Shown one piece after another: positions 28,810 to 40,746 of a DNA stretch of 64,000 nucleotides. This DNA comes from Octopus bimaculoides (taxonomy: Eukaryota): assembly GCF_001194135.2 (NCBI RefSeq), contig NC_068984.1:85851777-85915776 (forward strand), given 5' to 3'. The stretch's first letter is position 1; every line of letters begins with the position of its first letter. Under the pieces are notes generated by a model. It was not told the origin of the DNA. It searched no databases and saw only the letters and a program-made list of their open reading frames with translations. The position numbers and the translations under genes were made by a program.

Positions 28810-30972
28810 TCGCCTATCTCTTGCTCACCATCTCTCACTTCTATTATTTGTTATTAAAATTTATCACTCTTAACACACACACACACACTCTCTTTCTATC
28901 TCTCTCTCTACTAACCATCATATAGCTGTCTGTCATTTTCTCCCATGAAACCCTTGCTCCTATCACTCTGTTAATCACTTCTGTCACCCTATTGCACTGG
29001 TCCTCTCCTAAAATTCCCTCCTCAATTACCTTCCCTGTTATATTATTTCTATTCACTCTCCTTATTAACAACCATCATGTAGCACTCTCTCTCTCTCTCC
29101 TCCGTTACTTCCATATTCCTATCACTCTAAACCTATTATTCCTACACTCCTATTACCCTAGTCCTCTTCTTCCCATCCAGTTGTATGGAAAGAAAGGAAT
29201 GGATATAACTCTAGAAACAAGGAACACTTTAGATTTGCCAGAGACAAAACAACCTCTCAGCTACAAATAGGTAAATGAAGAAAGACAGCATAAGGTAACA
29301 AGAACTACTCAGTTCCACTGAGAAGAACACAACGTCTCTAGAGCTGGTGGAACAATAAGATGCAAAGGACCAACCCACATTAAGTGCAAAGGACCAACCC
29401 ACCAAAGAGGGAAATAAGAACAGACTAACACTGAAAACCCATTCAAATCAATCCAGCTGAAAAAAAACAGATGTAAAATGATTATGTTGCAGGCATATTT
29501 CTGTAGTTCAGAAGTTTCCTTCCCAATTACATGATTTTTTGGCACCTTGACCAAGTATATTCTACTATAGTCACAAGCTGACCAAAGGCTTGTGAGTGGA
29601 TTTGATAGACAGAAACTGAAAGCTAGTCACACGCACATGTGTGTGTGTGTGTGTAAGTGCATATGTTAGTGTCTCCTTCTTTTGACATTGCATGATAGTT
29701 GTAAATGAACATACTATCAAACAAGTGGCAGTCCTTCTAATCTCCAGTGAAAAGATGTCTGGCTATGAGAAAATATTATCATTATTTTACTTGCAAACCA
29801 GTGAGAGTTGACAACAGGAAGGGCATTCAGCTGTAGAATATCTGTCTCAACAAATTCTATCCAACTCATGCAAGCAGAGAAATGTGGATATCAAAACAAT
29901 GGTGGTGATGGTGTGTGCATGTATACACACACACACTGAATTGTGATGAACAGAGAGAAGAGTACTCAATACATGTAGATTATCTATTGATATAATAATA
30001 TGTACCCATCTACCTTTTGCATTAAGGAAAGTAGTTCAAATAGTAAAAAAAGTCTAGTTGCAGTGGTGGCATTGATAGAGGTGTTAATGATGATGACTGG
30101 AAACATACAGATGGACTAATGAGGTCATCAATTGAAACATAAGACAAGACCCCACTCAACTGAGTAGGGGTGGTGTAGTATTGAGGGAACTGGGTAAGGG
30201 GCTAGAAATTAAAGTATGATAGAGGGACAGGAACAGGTATCTTCTTGGAGACAAATTACAGGACTACTCACATTTTAGGAAAGAGAGAGTGGAAGTAAAC
30301 AGTGTGAAGTTGGAATGAGAAATAAAATGGTGATGATGTGGTGTCAGAGTGGGCCTTCAATGTAGGAAGTGAGCAGAATTGAGTAAGGATAGAAGAAAAG
30401 GGAATGCACAGGTGGGTAAAGGTTACAAGGGTGTATGTGAAGAGTGAGGAATGGTTAGAAGTGGAAAATGGGTGGGAGGGGTGAATATAATGAATGAGGA
30501 ACAAGTGTTGAGGGATGGTAAGTATACATTGGAGGGAAGGTAGGGAAGAATAGGTGATGACTATCTAGATCCACCCATCAATCCTATCTGATCTCTATAA
30601 TGTCACTGTTCATACCTAAGTGAATGCTCAATGTCCAACCATTGAGCATTTGAGAAATCAGAGGAAATAGTACCTTACTGGAAAATAAGAGTTGGCAACA
30701 GAATAGGTCTCTGGCTACAGAAAAATTGCCTTGATAGACAATAAGTTTCAAGACGGTGATGATGATGGATGATGGTGTGTGTGTTTGTTTCCTATGGTCT
30801 TGCATGTGTTCCTATATATGTGCACATCTATGTCTGTATGCATATCAATGTTTGTGCACATGCACATATTTTATTTTCATCAATATCAAGACAGTGGTAT
30901 GGGTTTGAAAAATCCAAACGAAATGAAAAAAAAAAAAAGAGAGAAAAGTAAAATAGTTTTAAGTCTACTTAC

Positions 30973-31672
30973 CTATATATATCTGAACTCCAGGCTCTTT
31001 GGAATTATAAAGGTAAGATATAGCAATGGACATGTTGAAAAGTTTTGATTCAAACAGTCGTAATAACCACGAGTGTTTAGCTGGAGGTGGTTTAGTTTTG
31101 TGTTTTGACTTGCATAACTGCTTGGGAGTGGAATCTATAACATGTCCATTCTCTATGGGGTAACCATTTTGTTCTTCAGAAGGAGTACAGTTTAAATTCA
31201 AACTCAAACCCTTTGAATTCAACCGGCTGCTATACAGAGAGTTTATATTGTTGGCATTTTCAAGGTCCATGTGGTTAGTTTCAGAGGTAGTCACAGCATT
31301 GTCTTCATCCATAGCTTCAGGCGTCTGTCGAAGTTGAATAGATTCTTCGTCCATTGGGCAGTCCTCATGATCATCACCAGCATTTTCATAATACTCACTG
31401 CAGCCTTCATCAATTGGCAATGTGTCGTAATCACCATTTACTAAGGCTGAATCCATTCCCTTTTCTTGTCTGTACAACTCCTGACTGTCAGTGATGCTCT
31501 CTTCCAAAATGCACAAATTGCGATTTAGAAGCTGCTGGCTGTAGGTATTTTTCATGCCCCCATTTATTTCCTGGTGTATTGTGGGGTAGTGGCCATGTAT
31601 TTTTTCCCCTACTTCACTGGCCACATTGCTTACAAATGGATACTCTGCTTGAGAAATTTCCATATTGTACAT
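30973..31672 (-). CDS. PI4KB: PI4KB first coding exon: about 200 aa acidic/disordered N-terminus plus start of the helical domain
   Basis: ORF 30965..31714 ends in [34 protein letters not shown], which I recognise as the start of the PI4KIII-beta helical domain. First ATG is at 31672 (MYN); a second in better Kozak context (aatATGg) is at 31663. The ORF-track start at 31714 is a TTG. Exon ends at a G|GTAAGT donor (phase 1). Confidence 0.95.
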
Positions 31673-32253
31673 ACTATATAAATGTATTTCTTTACCGTTC
31701 AATATGAGTACCAATTATGTGAGAGGAGTGAGAACAGTGTATAGGAGTTTCTACATTGCAATAATATGTGGTTGGAATGTAAGCTGACTGATTTAGATTC
31801 TTTGCAGGACTTCCAGTGGAATCAGCAAATCGTACCATTATGGCATAACACGCATCAATGCACAGACTAAATGTAAACAGTAACAGGAGTGGAGAAAAAC
31901 CAAGATAACAATAAGGAACCAAATGGGAAAGTACTGCTAAAAGGTAACAGAAAAAAAAAAATTTAGGATTCTGCAAGAAGAGGAAGATCTGAAATTATAT
32001 TGAAATAACTCTTGCAGAAGGTTTAACATTTAATGCAGTGTTTTATCACAAATATTCAAGATTTTTATGAATAACTTATCACAGATGGTCAGCTCAAAAG
32101 AATAAAGTCTGGTGGATAACAGATGATCCTTGGAAAAAAAAGAATAGGCCAGTTCTTGCTGTAGGTCTTTGTTTCTCAGGTAACAAAACCACCAGACCAT
32201 TAAAGTTGGTTCACCGATATTGACTTGAACGTGTCAACCATCAAAAGAGCCAA
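31673..32253 (-). promoter_or_regulatory. PI4KB: 5'UTR part of the PI4KB ATG exon with several candidate 3' splice sites
   Basis: Polypyrimidine tract plus AG giving exon starts at 32253 (ttcttcttttccag), 32128 (tctttttttttccaag), 31970 (cttcctcttcttgcag) and 31936/31933 (T-run...ttttagcag, NAGNAG). Confidence 0.55.
31692..31838 (-). CDS. Candidate 48-aa upstream ORF ([17 protein letters not shown]...THIER*) in the PI4KB leader
   Basis: ATG at 31838 in ataATGg context; TAA ends at 31692, 19 nt before the first main ATG. No homology recognised. Confidence 0.35.
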   Translation of the reverse strand: MVRFADSTGSPAKNLNQSAYIPTTYYCNVETPIHCSHSSHIIGTHIER

Positions 32254-35130
32254 CTGGAAAAGAAGAAATAAAACAGATTATTAATTTATGGTCACAATAA
32301 GAATACCTCATAATGAAAACATCAAGAAAACAAAAACTTAAAAAATGATTTTCTACATTGGCAAACAGTCAAAAAATTTTTAGAAAAGGGACACAGCCAT
32401 CTAAAGTAATGCCATCATGCTTGATGCTTATCTTAGAAAGATGGAAGGTGACATCAGCCTCTGACAGGATTTCAACTCAGCACGAAAGAGGACAAAACTA
32501 CATACTACATGTCATTTAGTTCGGTACTTTATTTCAGACAACTAATAATGTTTAGTATGAATAACAAAAGTAGAGTAGAAAATGTACTTTGTGTTTAAAT
32601 CCCGCTAATGTTAACTTTGTCTTCCTTCATGTGTTGATAAAATAAAGTACCAGTCAAGTACTGCTGTTAATATACTCAACTAACTTCTACCCTTAAAACT
32701 TCTAACCTTTTGCTTTTATCTTAAAGTTTATTATTAATAATGAAACAAAAAAAAAATTAGTAAAACAAACTCTGGACAAAATGACTTGTGATATTTAGTT
32801 AAACTATTTTGCATTCAGACATCAAATCCTGCTAAGGTAAATTTTACAGCCAAGTGCTGAAGTTGATTTAAACAATTATGCCCACCATAACTATAGTCTT
32901 GTCTCTAGGTTAGGGATCATTAAATAATAATGATTCTTAACGAATGCAGAAAACCTACAAATATTTGTGAGAGAAAGTATAGTTAGTCATTAAATTAATA
33001 TCAATATTTGACTGGTATATATTTTATCAAACCATAAGTTTGAAAAATAAATTCTTATTGAGATTTAAACTTAAAACTTTGATGATGATAATGATTTCTG
33101 ACACTGGCATGAGACAACAAATTTGAGAGAAATATATATTCAAATAAATCAACCCCAGTATTTGATTGGTACTTTATTTTATTGGCACCAGAACAATGAA
33201 AAGTCAATCTTGAGAAGATGTGAACTCAATGACAATATGTATTTCTTAACTAGTTAGCAACAGGCCAGTTTCGCATCTAATATATGGTACACCTTTTTTC
33301 ATCCTTTCAGGGTCGATAAAATAAGAACCAGTTGAGCATTGGAGGTGATGTGATAGATTTACCCCTCTCCAAAATTGCTGGCCTTGTGCCAAAATTTGAA
33401 ATCAATATGTGGTATGCCTATGTTCTACAAAAATAAATTTTTTTAAATTCATACTCTCTGGAAATTACAATTTGAACAGAGACAATGAAACTTGTGGTGG
33501 TCTTTTATAGGTAAAAATTAGTGATATTTATGAGTTAAGATAAATTCATATGCCTTAAGAAGAGAGGAATCTGATGTCTCAGGGAAGCCTTTTCATTCAA
33601 AAGGAATATCTTATTGGCATTCTTTTTCCTTTTCTTTGATACAAAGGGTTAGGCCAAAAATATTAGGCTCCTCTTCACACTGCAGCATACAGTTTATTAG
33701 AACATGAACTATTTACTGAAAATTAGTTGCTTTCATATTCAGCTAGTGTTTAGAACAGTAGGCTCTAATATGATGGAGGGTTTTAATTGAGATGCGAACA
33801 TTTTAAAACAAGCAATTTAGTATTAAAGGTAGTCTCAGGTTGGTAGATATTAAAAGAGTTATCATGAAACAATAAGATGCTTTCACATTATCTTAATCTC
33901 CACAGCTAAGGCTTTTAAATACATAATAGAATTATCTACATTATAAACGCCACAAGTATTATGCATTATGCTGTGTTCTATATAAATACATATATATATA
34001 GATATATATATATACAGATAAAGATGTATGCATTGTCACACATACTACCTTTGACTGTTCAGGTTCAACTATGGATTATGCTTTCCCATTTTGGGTGAAC
34101 TCTATTGATGAAAATGATGATGATTATTAAGAACTGAAATTATGCCTTTCAATGTAATTGGCCTAAACCTCATTTGAAAAAGAATCTTGCAAAAGATAAA
34201 AGACATATATAGATAAAAGATCACTGACTTGGATTGTCTGTCAGTAAAAGGATAATACATTCAAACACAACCTTACATAAAACTATGGGAGTTTTATTTG
34301 TTATACTGTTTCTGTTTTCCTCACTGTTTACACGAACGTTTTCTTTTCGGACAAAACCCTTTGTAACCTTCGTCCTGTCTTTGTCCTTACATGTTATTAA
34401 TTTATATTAGCCCTTGTGGCCAATAAAACCAGAATTAATTATTATTATGCGGGGTGGATGTGTTGATAAAATAAAATGCTAGCTGATTACTAGGGCTCAT
34501 GTAGTCAACAATTCCTTCTCACAAAAACTATATATGACCTCATGCCTATGTTAGAAAACAATTTACCCTAAGTTTCATGCAAGCTTTTACACCACAACTT
34601 TGTGTGCTTTTGTGCCCCAGTCTGAACACAACATAGACCTTTAGGAATGTAGAAAATTGTCTTAGATCTGCTTCCCTTTGTCAGAAGATGTGTTTTGTTT
34701 ACTGGTGTTATTTCAATGTTTAATCTTCATATGATGTGTGCAGTAGGTGTGTGATTCTGTGCTAGGAAAGTTGTGTAATATTGTGCTGTGTTGGGTGTAA
34801 ATTATATGGAGTATATGTTATTTTATTGAATGGTGACTGTGTTACATATGTGCTGTGTTGTGTTGTTGTTACTGATATATGCATATTGAGTTTTCAAATT
34901 CTGGTTGAAATCATTTTACTTGTACTTATTAATGTCCCTTGAAGAAAAGGAAAAACACAACTTCCCATTTCCTCTCTCAGCCACATGAAAACATCACAAC
35001 TCTCTCTCTCTCTCTCTCTCTCTAAACCACTCAAAATATTAAGTTTCATAGTTGTTTCTTTTACCATTAAACTTATTTTGTTTTCCTTTCTCTTCTATAT
35101 TGCACCAAATCAAAATACCAACAGACTTAA

Positions 35131-35329
35131 CCCTGTAGCATTTAAACTGGTTATATCCAGCCCAAATATTTTACCCACTTTTATGTCCAAAATGACCAGA
35201 TCCAGCCTCTCACACCTGCCCTACAATGTCATTCTAAAATAACTTATCACATCATCGAAATCTCAATGCTATGAGATAATGTGAACAAATAAGCATTACA
35301 TTTAGTAGGGTAACCTGAATGCTAAAAGG
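35131..35329 (+). mobile_element. piggyBac-type MITE, second copy
   Basis: TTAA|CCCTGTAGCATT ... AATGCTAAAAGG|TTAA; interior similar to 6212-6431. Confidence 0.8.
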
Positions 35330-38199
35330 TTAAGCCACCGTAACCAGCCTCACAGATTACTCCACCATACCCCCTACCCAGTAGTTAATACAAGCAACAG
35401 AACCTCTCAATACAAAAGATAAACATTGTCAAACTTATGTAACATTTCATGGTGACAATACTGATGATGGTTAAACAAGTACACTGAAAAACTTAATAGC
35501 AGGCATATCAATTAACAAAAATGGTGGGAGGAGTGAAGGTTGTCAATGATAATCAATGAAAAAGGCAACAAAAAATAAAAATCAGTCAATGAACAAAAAT
35601 ATAACAAGACTCAAAGTTGAATATATGGGTTGTTCAGAGATAAGGAGTTAGATAAGAAATAAAAACATCAGTAGCATGACAACTCCATACACAAGTACAA
35701 AACCTCATATTTGTAGAGAAAGTGAAATGACAGAGTGATACACATTGTTTTGAAATTCTCAGCAACACACATGAAGTTTAATGACAACAACTAGAAATAT
35801 GAAAAAACCAAATTCAGAGTATCTGTTTGCTTTGAGCTTACTTGTTGCTCTATGATACTCACCAGCCAGTTACTAGTATTAAAAATGATTTCTTAGAAAT
35901 GCTCAAGACCGATTTTCAGGTGACAGATATATCTGGTATCTATTCTATAAATTACCAATAGATTAAACTAATAAGAGAACCTCAATGTGGTGACTTGTGC
36001 TTGAAAAAATAGCAGTCAAAACTTCCCTCAAATTACACCCTACCATCTTAAAAGAGGAAGGAGATACATTAACTGGCGATACATTAAATGTGAAAAGAAA
36101 AGAAGAAATGATCATAACACACTTCGATTGTAGTTCTGATCAGGGTTCATTTGGGATTAGACAGTGAAGAGTCAATACAAAGGCTACTAGAACAGTTAAA
36201 AATAACCAAATCACCTTCAAATTCCAACTTAGCATCTTAAAAAAAAAAAAGCAGGCATTGGAAAATATAGTCCTAGATATACTCAGTCTATAAAAATATG
36301 TCAGAATGATCATGATTTTTATAATAGGACTGCAAGATCATGATTTACCAGATATAAACAAGAACAACTACAAAGAAATTAACAGTATAGGAAGCAAAAA
36401 CACATGAAACTAAATCTAAGTTATTTTGTCTAGGAATTTACTACTGTAACCAGCAAAGAAACCTCTACACAGTCATACAACCACTTAGAGATTGAATCCT
36501 AGATTCTTTAAAAAAATAAAACACTAGCATCAATACACTATCTTAAAGACAGCATCTTGGCAGTGACATGGGTTTTGATAAAGAGAGATTATATTATTTA
36601 GTGAACATTTTTATATGAGCAAAGGTAAATGGCAAAACACATGAAAACAAGGAGGTTCAGAACAAGGGTTGAGAATCCCTGATGTAAAGGATTTCACTTT
36701 TGAGATATAGACATAATTGTTATTTAGTCCCTGACTAGCTATAACTGAACATATGATCTTTCATCCTAAGTTCATACCCAAACTTACAATAAAAGCCTTC
36801 CAGATGCAACTGTTCATCTTTTTTGTATATGTGGGACTTGATTCTCAAATGTATTTATCTACCTTTTTTTAATGGCATAGATATGCATGTATGAAGAACA
36901 GGGTTGACTACAAATTTGTTCCTGAAAAATTACTCCTTAGAGTACATACCTTGTCAAGGTTTATGTAAGATAAGCAGGTACCCATGCAGCAAGTCTATGT
37001 TCACACTACTGATGTCCAATGAAAAAGCAAGGCCAGTACAGCATGGCACCAGCATCATTGCAAACAAATTCAGAACATTACAAACCCAAACAGATACACG
37101 ACATCTCATCCAACACTCTAACAACCTCATTAATCATTGAGCACTTTTGTGAAAAATACTTTGTCTTGTGAAATTAAGACGTGCTTTTGAAATCCATGAA
37201 ATCTGCTTAATTTACCATGCATGCACACACACCACAAAATTTACAAGGCATTTTGATTGGGTGTCTTTTACTACAGCCTTGGGTTAGCCCAAGCCTTGAG
37301 ACTGAAAATGAGTAGATGGAATCTGTGTGGAAATCCAACAAGCAAACTGTAACTATAATTGAAGGAGCCAACCTTGAAATATAGTGTATCAAGCTGATTA
37401 TGCCTGAGGATTATGTTATTAGTACACATTACTGTGGAATACTCAGTTACTTATTCATTCAATGACCAGGTAGTTCAGGTGATAAAATTTCAGAACTGTC
37501 AAAACCACATGAGATCCATTTATTTTTACTTTGAGAGAGAGAGAGAGTGTGTAATTATTAGATATGTGTTCATGCATGTGTATATATGTATTTGTGGTAG
37601 CAGTTATCATTTATCAAAAATAGGAGTAAGCAACATTGGAACTGGAATTTTGCACAGGCAAATATTAATTTCTTTAATATAGAGAAGATATATTCATTTG
37701 ATACTGAGGTTTTACTCTATACTTCCTTTGAATTGCCTATTACTATTACACATTCTCAAGCTGTCTTGAAAAATAGGTGAAAACTCAGAGTAGCCTCAGC
37801 TTCAAATAAATTACTAACTACTACATGTATTGAGTAATTTTACTTTTGCTTGTGCACCTAAATACAGATATATAATTGTATAAAACCAGGCATGAATGGA
37901 GTGAGCATTGATACAGGAGGCTTTCTACTTAGAACATCTATTTTGAAAATATGAATGGTGAGTAATATGCAATAATAGCTGCTATTGTAACTACAATAAC
38001 AACAGCATTAACTTGTTTTCTTAGGAACAACCCTGCACTCTTGTTTTGTAAGAAGGAGGATGTACGGTCTAAAGACTTGACTTTAATGTATCCTAGTACT
38101 TATCAACACTCCTGCAAAGAAAGATAAGACTTACCTTCCAGAAATGTTTGAAATCAAAATATGAGGCATCAAAATAAGATAACATAAAGCAATATAAAG

Positions 38200-39150
38200 A
38201 TTCCTTACATTGGCAGAAAGCCATCAAGAAATTTATAGGGAGATGAGTATAATCAATACAACTGACAACTGGTATATTACTTGTACATATGTTGCAATCC
38301 TAGTACTTGATTCTTTATTTTATTGACCCCAGAAATATTAAGAAGTTGACCCTAGCATGAGTCAAACTCAGCATTAAAAGAGCTCTCACAAAATTTCATG
38401 AGACATTTTGTAAGACACTGATGATTCTTTCACAACACTATCCTTGATAATAAAAATTGACACAAGAGTGATAAAAGCCAAAGTCAAGCATGTTAGGATT
38501 TGAACTATTATTTTGTCAATCATTTCAATAACACTGATAATACTTTCTAATATTGACCAAGAGCGCATTTAGTGTTTAAGGTGCATAATTGATTATATTA
38601 ACCCAGTACTTGGCTTGTACTTAATTTTACTGACCCAAGATAGATGAAAGGCTAAGTCAACCACAGTAGGATTTGAACTCAAAACAAAGAGAAGCAAAAT
38701 GTTATAGCCACCACTCAATAATCATAATCATTTCTAACTTAGGTACAAGTGCACAAATTGTGGAACTGGCCAGAGCTGATTAACTGAAACCCAGCACATA
38801 TTAGAAATAACATGGAAGAATGAAAGATAGTCAACCTAAAAAGGATTTTAATTCAGAACATAAAATAATGGAATTAAGTAGTAGAAGGTATCTAATTTTT
38901 CATTTCTGTTTTTTTTTTTTTCTTGTAATCATAAAGAATTCTTAGGAATAAGGCCAAAAATTTTCAGAAAGAAGGGTTAATCAATTAAAGCAATCCCAAA
39001 TACTTAGTACTTTTATTGACCCCAGAAATACGAAGAGCAAAGCTGGCCTAGGTATGATATAAAATCAGAACATAAAAGTCCATAACAAAATGCCTTGTGG
39101 CATTTTGTTAGATACTCTAATGATACTGCCAATTCACCACGCTTAATAAT
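38200..39150 (-). mobile_element. Cluster of decayed family B SINEs
   Basis: Repeated tattgacccc..aaag..ttgacc...ggatttgaactc motifs at about 38320, 38450, 38620, 38790 and 39010. Confidence 0.65.
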
Positions 39151-39397
39151 TAATGATAATAATAACAATATATAACTTTTATGTAGGAGTTCCCAGAGAG
39201 AAGAGGCAAAGGTGGAGAAACATGTTCTGCTATAAATAGTTAGCAAGTGCTTTTTAACTGCTTACATTACTAAATTCAAATTTTCCCATGATAACAATAC
39301 CTTGCAGAAGAATGTACTTCACCAAACGGTGACCCCAATAGTTTACAAAACTACATCATTCTATCACCATGATCACTAACACAAGGATCCCCTATAT

Positions 39398-39672
39398 CAG
39401 AGGTTTTCAAACTTTTTGACTTGCGGACCCCTTTATATTTCAGGCTTTACCTTAGGGACCCCCTTATAAACGCTTGTGAAATTTATACATAAATATTTGC
39501 TTAAAATAACATATATTTTTACATTTATTTATTTAACAGTATTTAACAAATAGGTTTATTGTCAATTAAAAGATTTCGATTAAAAAACATATATAAAATC
39601 AAATTGCCCATAAAAAGTATTTGCTGTCCACGGACCCCCTGTGGTCCGCGGACCACAGTTTGAAAACCCCTG
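39398..39672 (-). mobile_element. hAT-type MITE (275 bp) with 8-bp TSD
   Basis: TIRs CAGAGGTTTTCAAACT / AGTTTGAAAACCCCTG; TSD ccctatat / ccctacat; reverse complement of the copy at 53329. Confidence 0.93.
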
Positions 39673-40178
39673 CCCTACATGGTCGCTCAAGGAACAGTGG
39701 CCAAACTTACAGCATCTCGTCCTAAATANNNNNNNNNNTTTTTTTTTTTTTTTTTTTTTTTTGTATAAACTAGAAGTTTCTGATCATAAGTCTACCATAC
39801 CAGAGCTGACTGATGGTTAAATAATAAATACAGAGTTCGTATGATAGTGCAATGAGTTCTATGCGAGACATTGAGAGTCTGGGAAATTAATCACCCAAGA
39901 CTTCCTAAACGATCAGTATTTCCCCATGGCAAATAGCAATATGAAACTAGTAACACGCATGACTCACGGGATAACAAACACACACACTGACACACATACA
40001 TATACATGTATATACATGAGGAAGAGGAAAAGGAGACAGAGATCAGTACAAGTTATGTTGTTTTGTTATTAATACATATTTAGATGTATGCGAGAATATT
40101 AATGTTTCTGACACTAGAAGCCATACTCCAAATAGTATCACACACACACATGAATAAGGCAAGTGACACATTCCATAC

Positions 40179-40378
40179 TTTCAGCAAATGACCGAAACTA
40201 AATGGCACTTTTCATACACTGGTGCACAATCATAAGGAACACTTAAGATAATATACTGCAACAGTGAACAGCTACGTTACTTTATATAATACTGCGGCTT
40301 GGGTTAAATTTGAAACACTTCACATTTGGCTGGCCAGAGAAGAAACGAAAAGTAAATTGCTGAAGAATGAAAACGAAT
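40179..40378 (-). other. Putative non-coding 5'UTR exon of PI4KB
   Basis: Preceded on the minus strand by ttctttctttccttccttatcctg...caatag and followed by AA|GTATGG. Unique sequence. Prediction from splice signals only. Confidence 0.35.
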
Positions 40379-40518
40379 CTATTGACTACATATAAGACAG
40401 GATAAGGAAGGAAAGAAAGAACGAACATAAATACATGTGTGTGTATGTGTTTGGTGTGTGTGTGAGAGAGAGAGATGTAGAGTCGGCCCTAAAACATCAG
40501 ACTCCTCTTCCCTCTTAC

Positions 40519-40660
40519 AGCAAATGAACTTATCCGAATTCACGAAATATAGGGTATTCCCTTTAGCTGTTGACAGGATATCACGATTTCGGCACACGTC
40601 TAGCAGTGCTGTGCAGAGCAGCACTGATGCTATTAAAGAATGTCCGGTTCTATAGCCCAT
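40519..40660 (-). other. Putative first non-coding exon of PI4KB (upstream boundary approximate)
   Basis: CT|GTAAGA donor at 40518 opens a 140-nt intron ending at the 40379 acceptor; CpG-containing unique sequence. Confidence 0.3.
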
Positions 40661-40685
40661 ACTGTAACACCATATTCTCTTTTTA

Positions 40686-40746
<61 letters not shown>

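Larger units (their letters stand above)
8234..30972 (-). other. PI4KB: 22.7-kb GT-AG intron of PI4KB, filled with repeats
   Basis: Bounded by the donor at 30972 and acceptor at 8234. I found no intervening PI4KB coding sequence, and none is needed because the two exons join seamlessly. Confidence 0.9.

Noticed and set aside
30200-30570. Purine-rich tracts (also 8830-9130, 54540-54790, 59200-59430) giving F/L/S/P-rich minus-strand ORFs
   Set aside because: Low-complexity GA-rich sequence; the ORFs reflect composition only.
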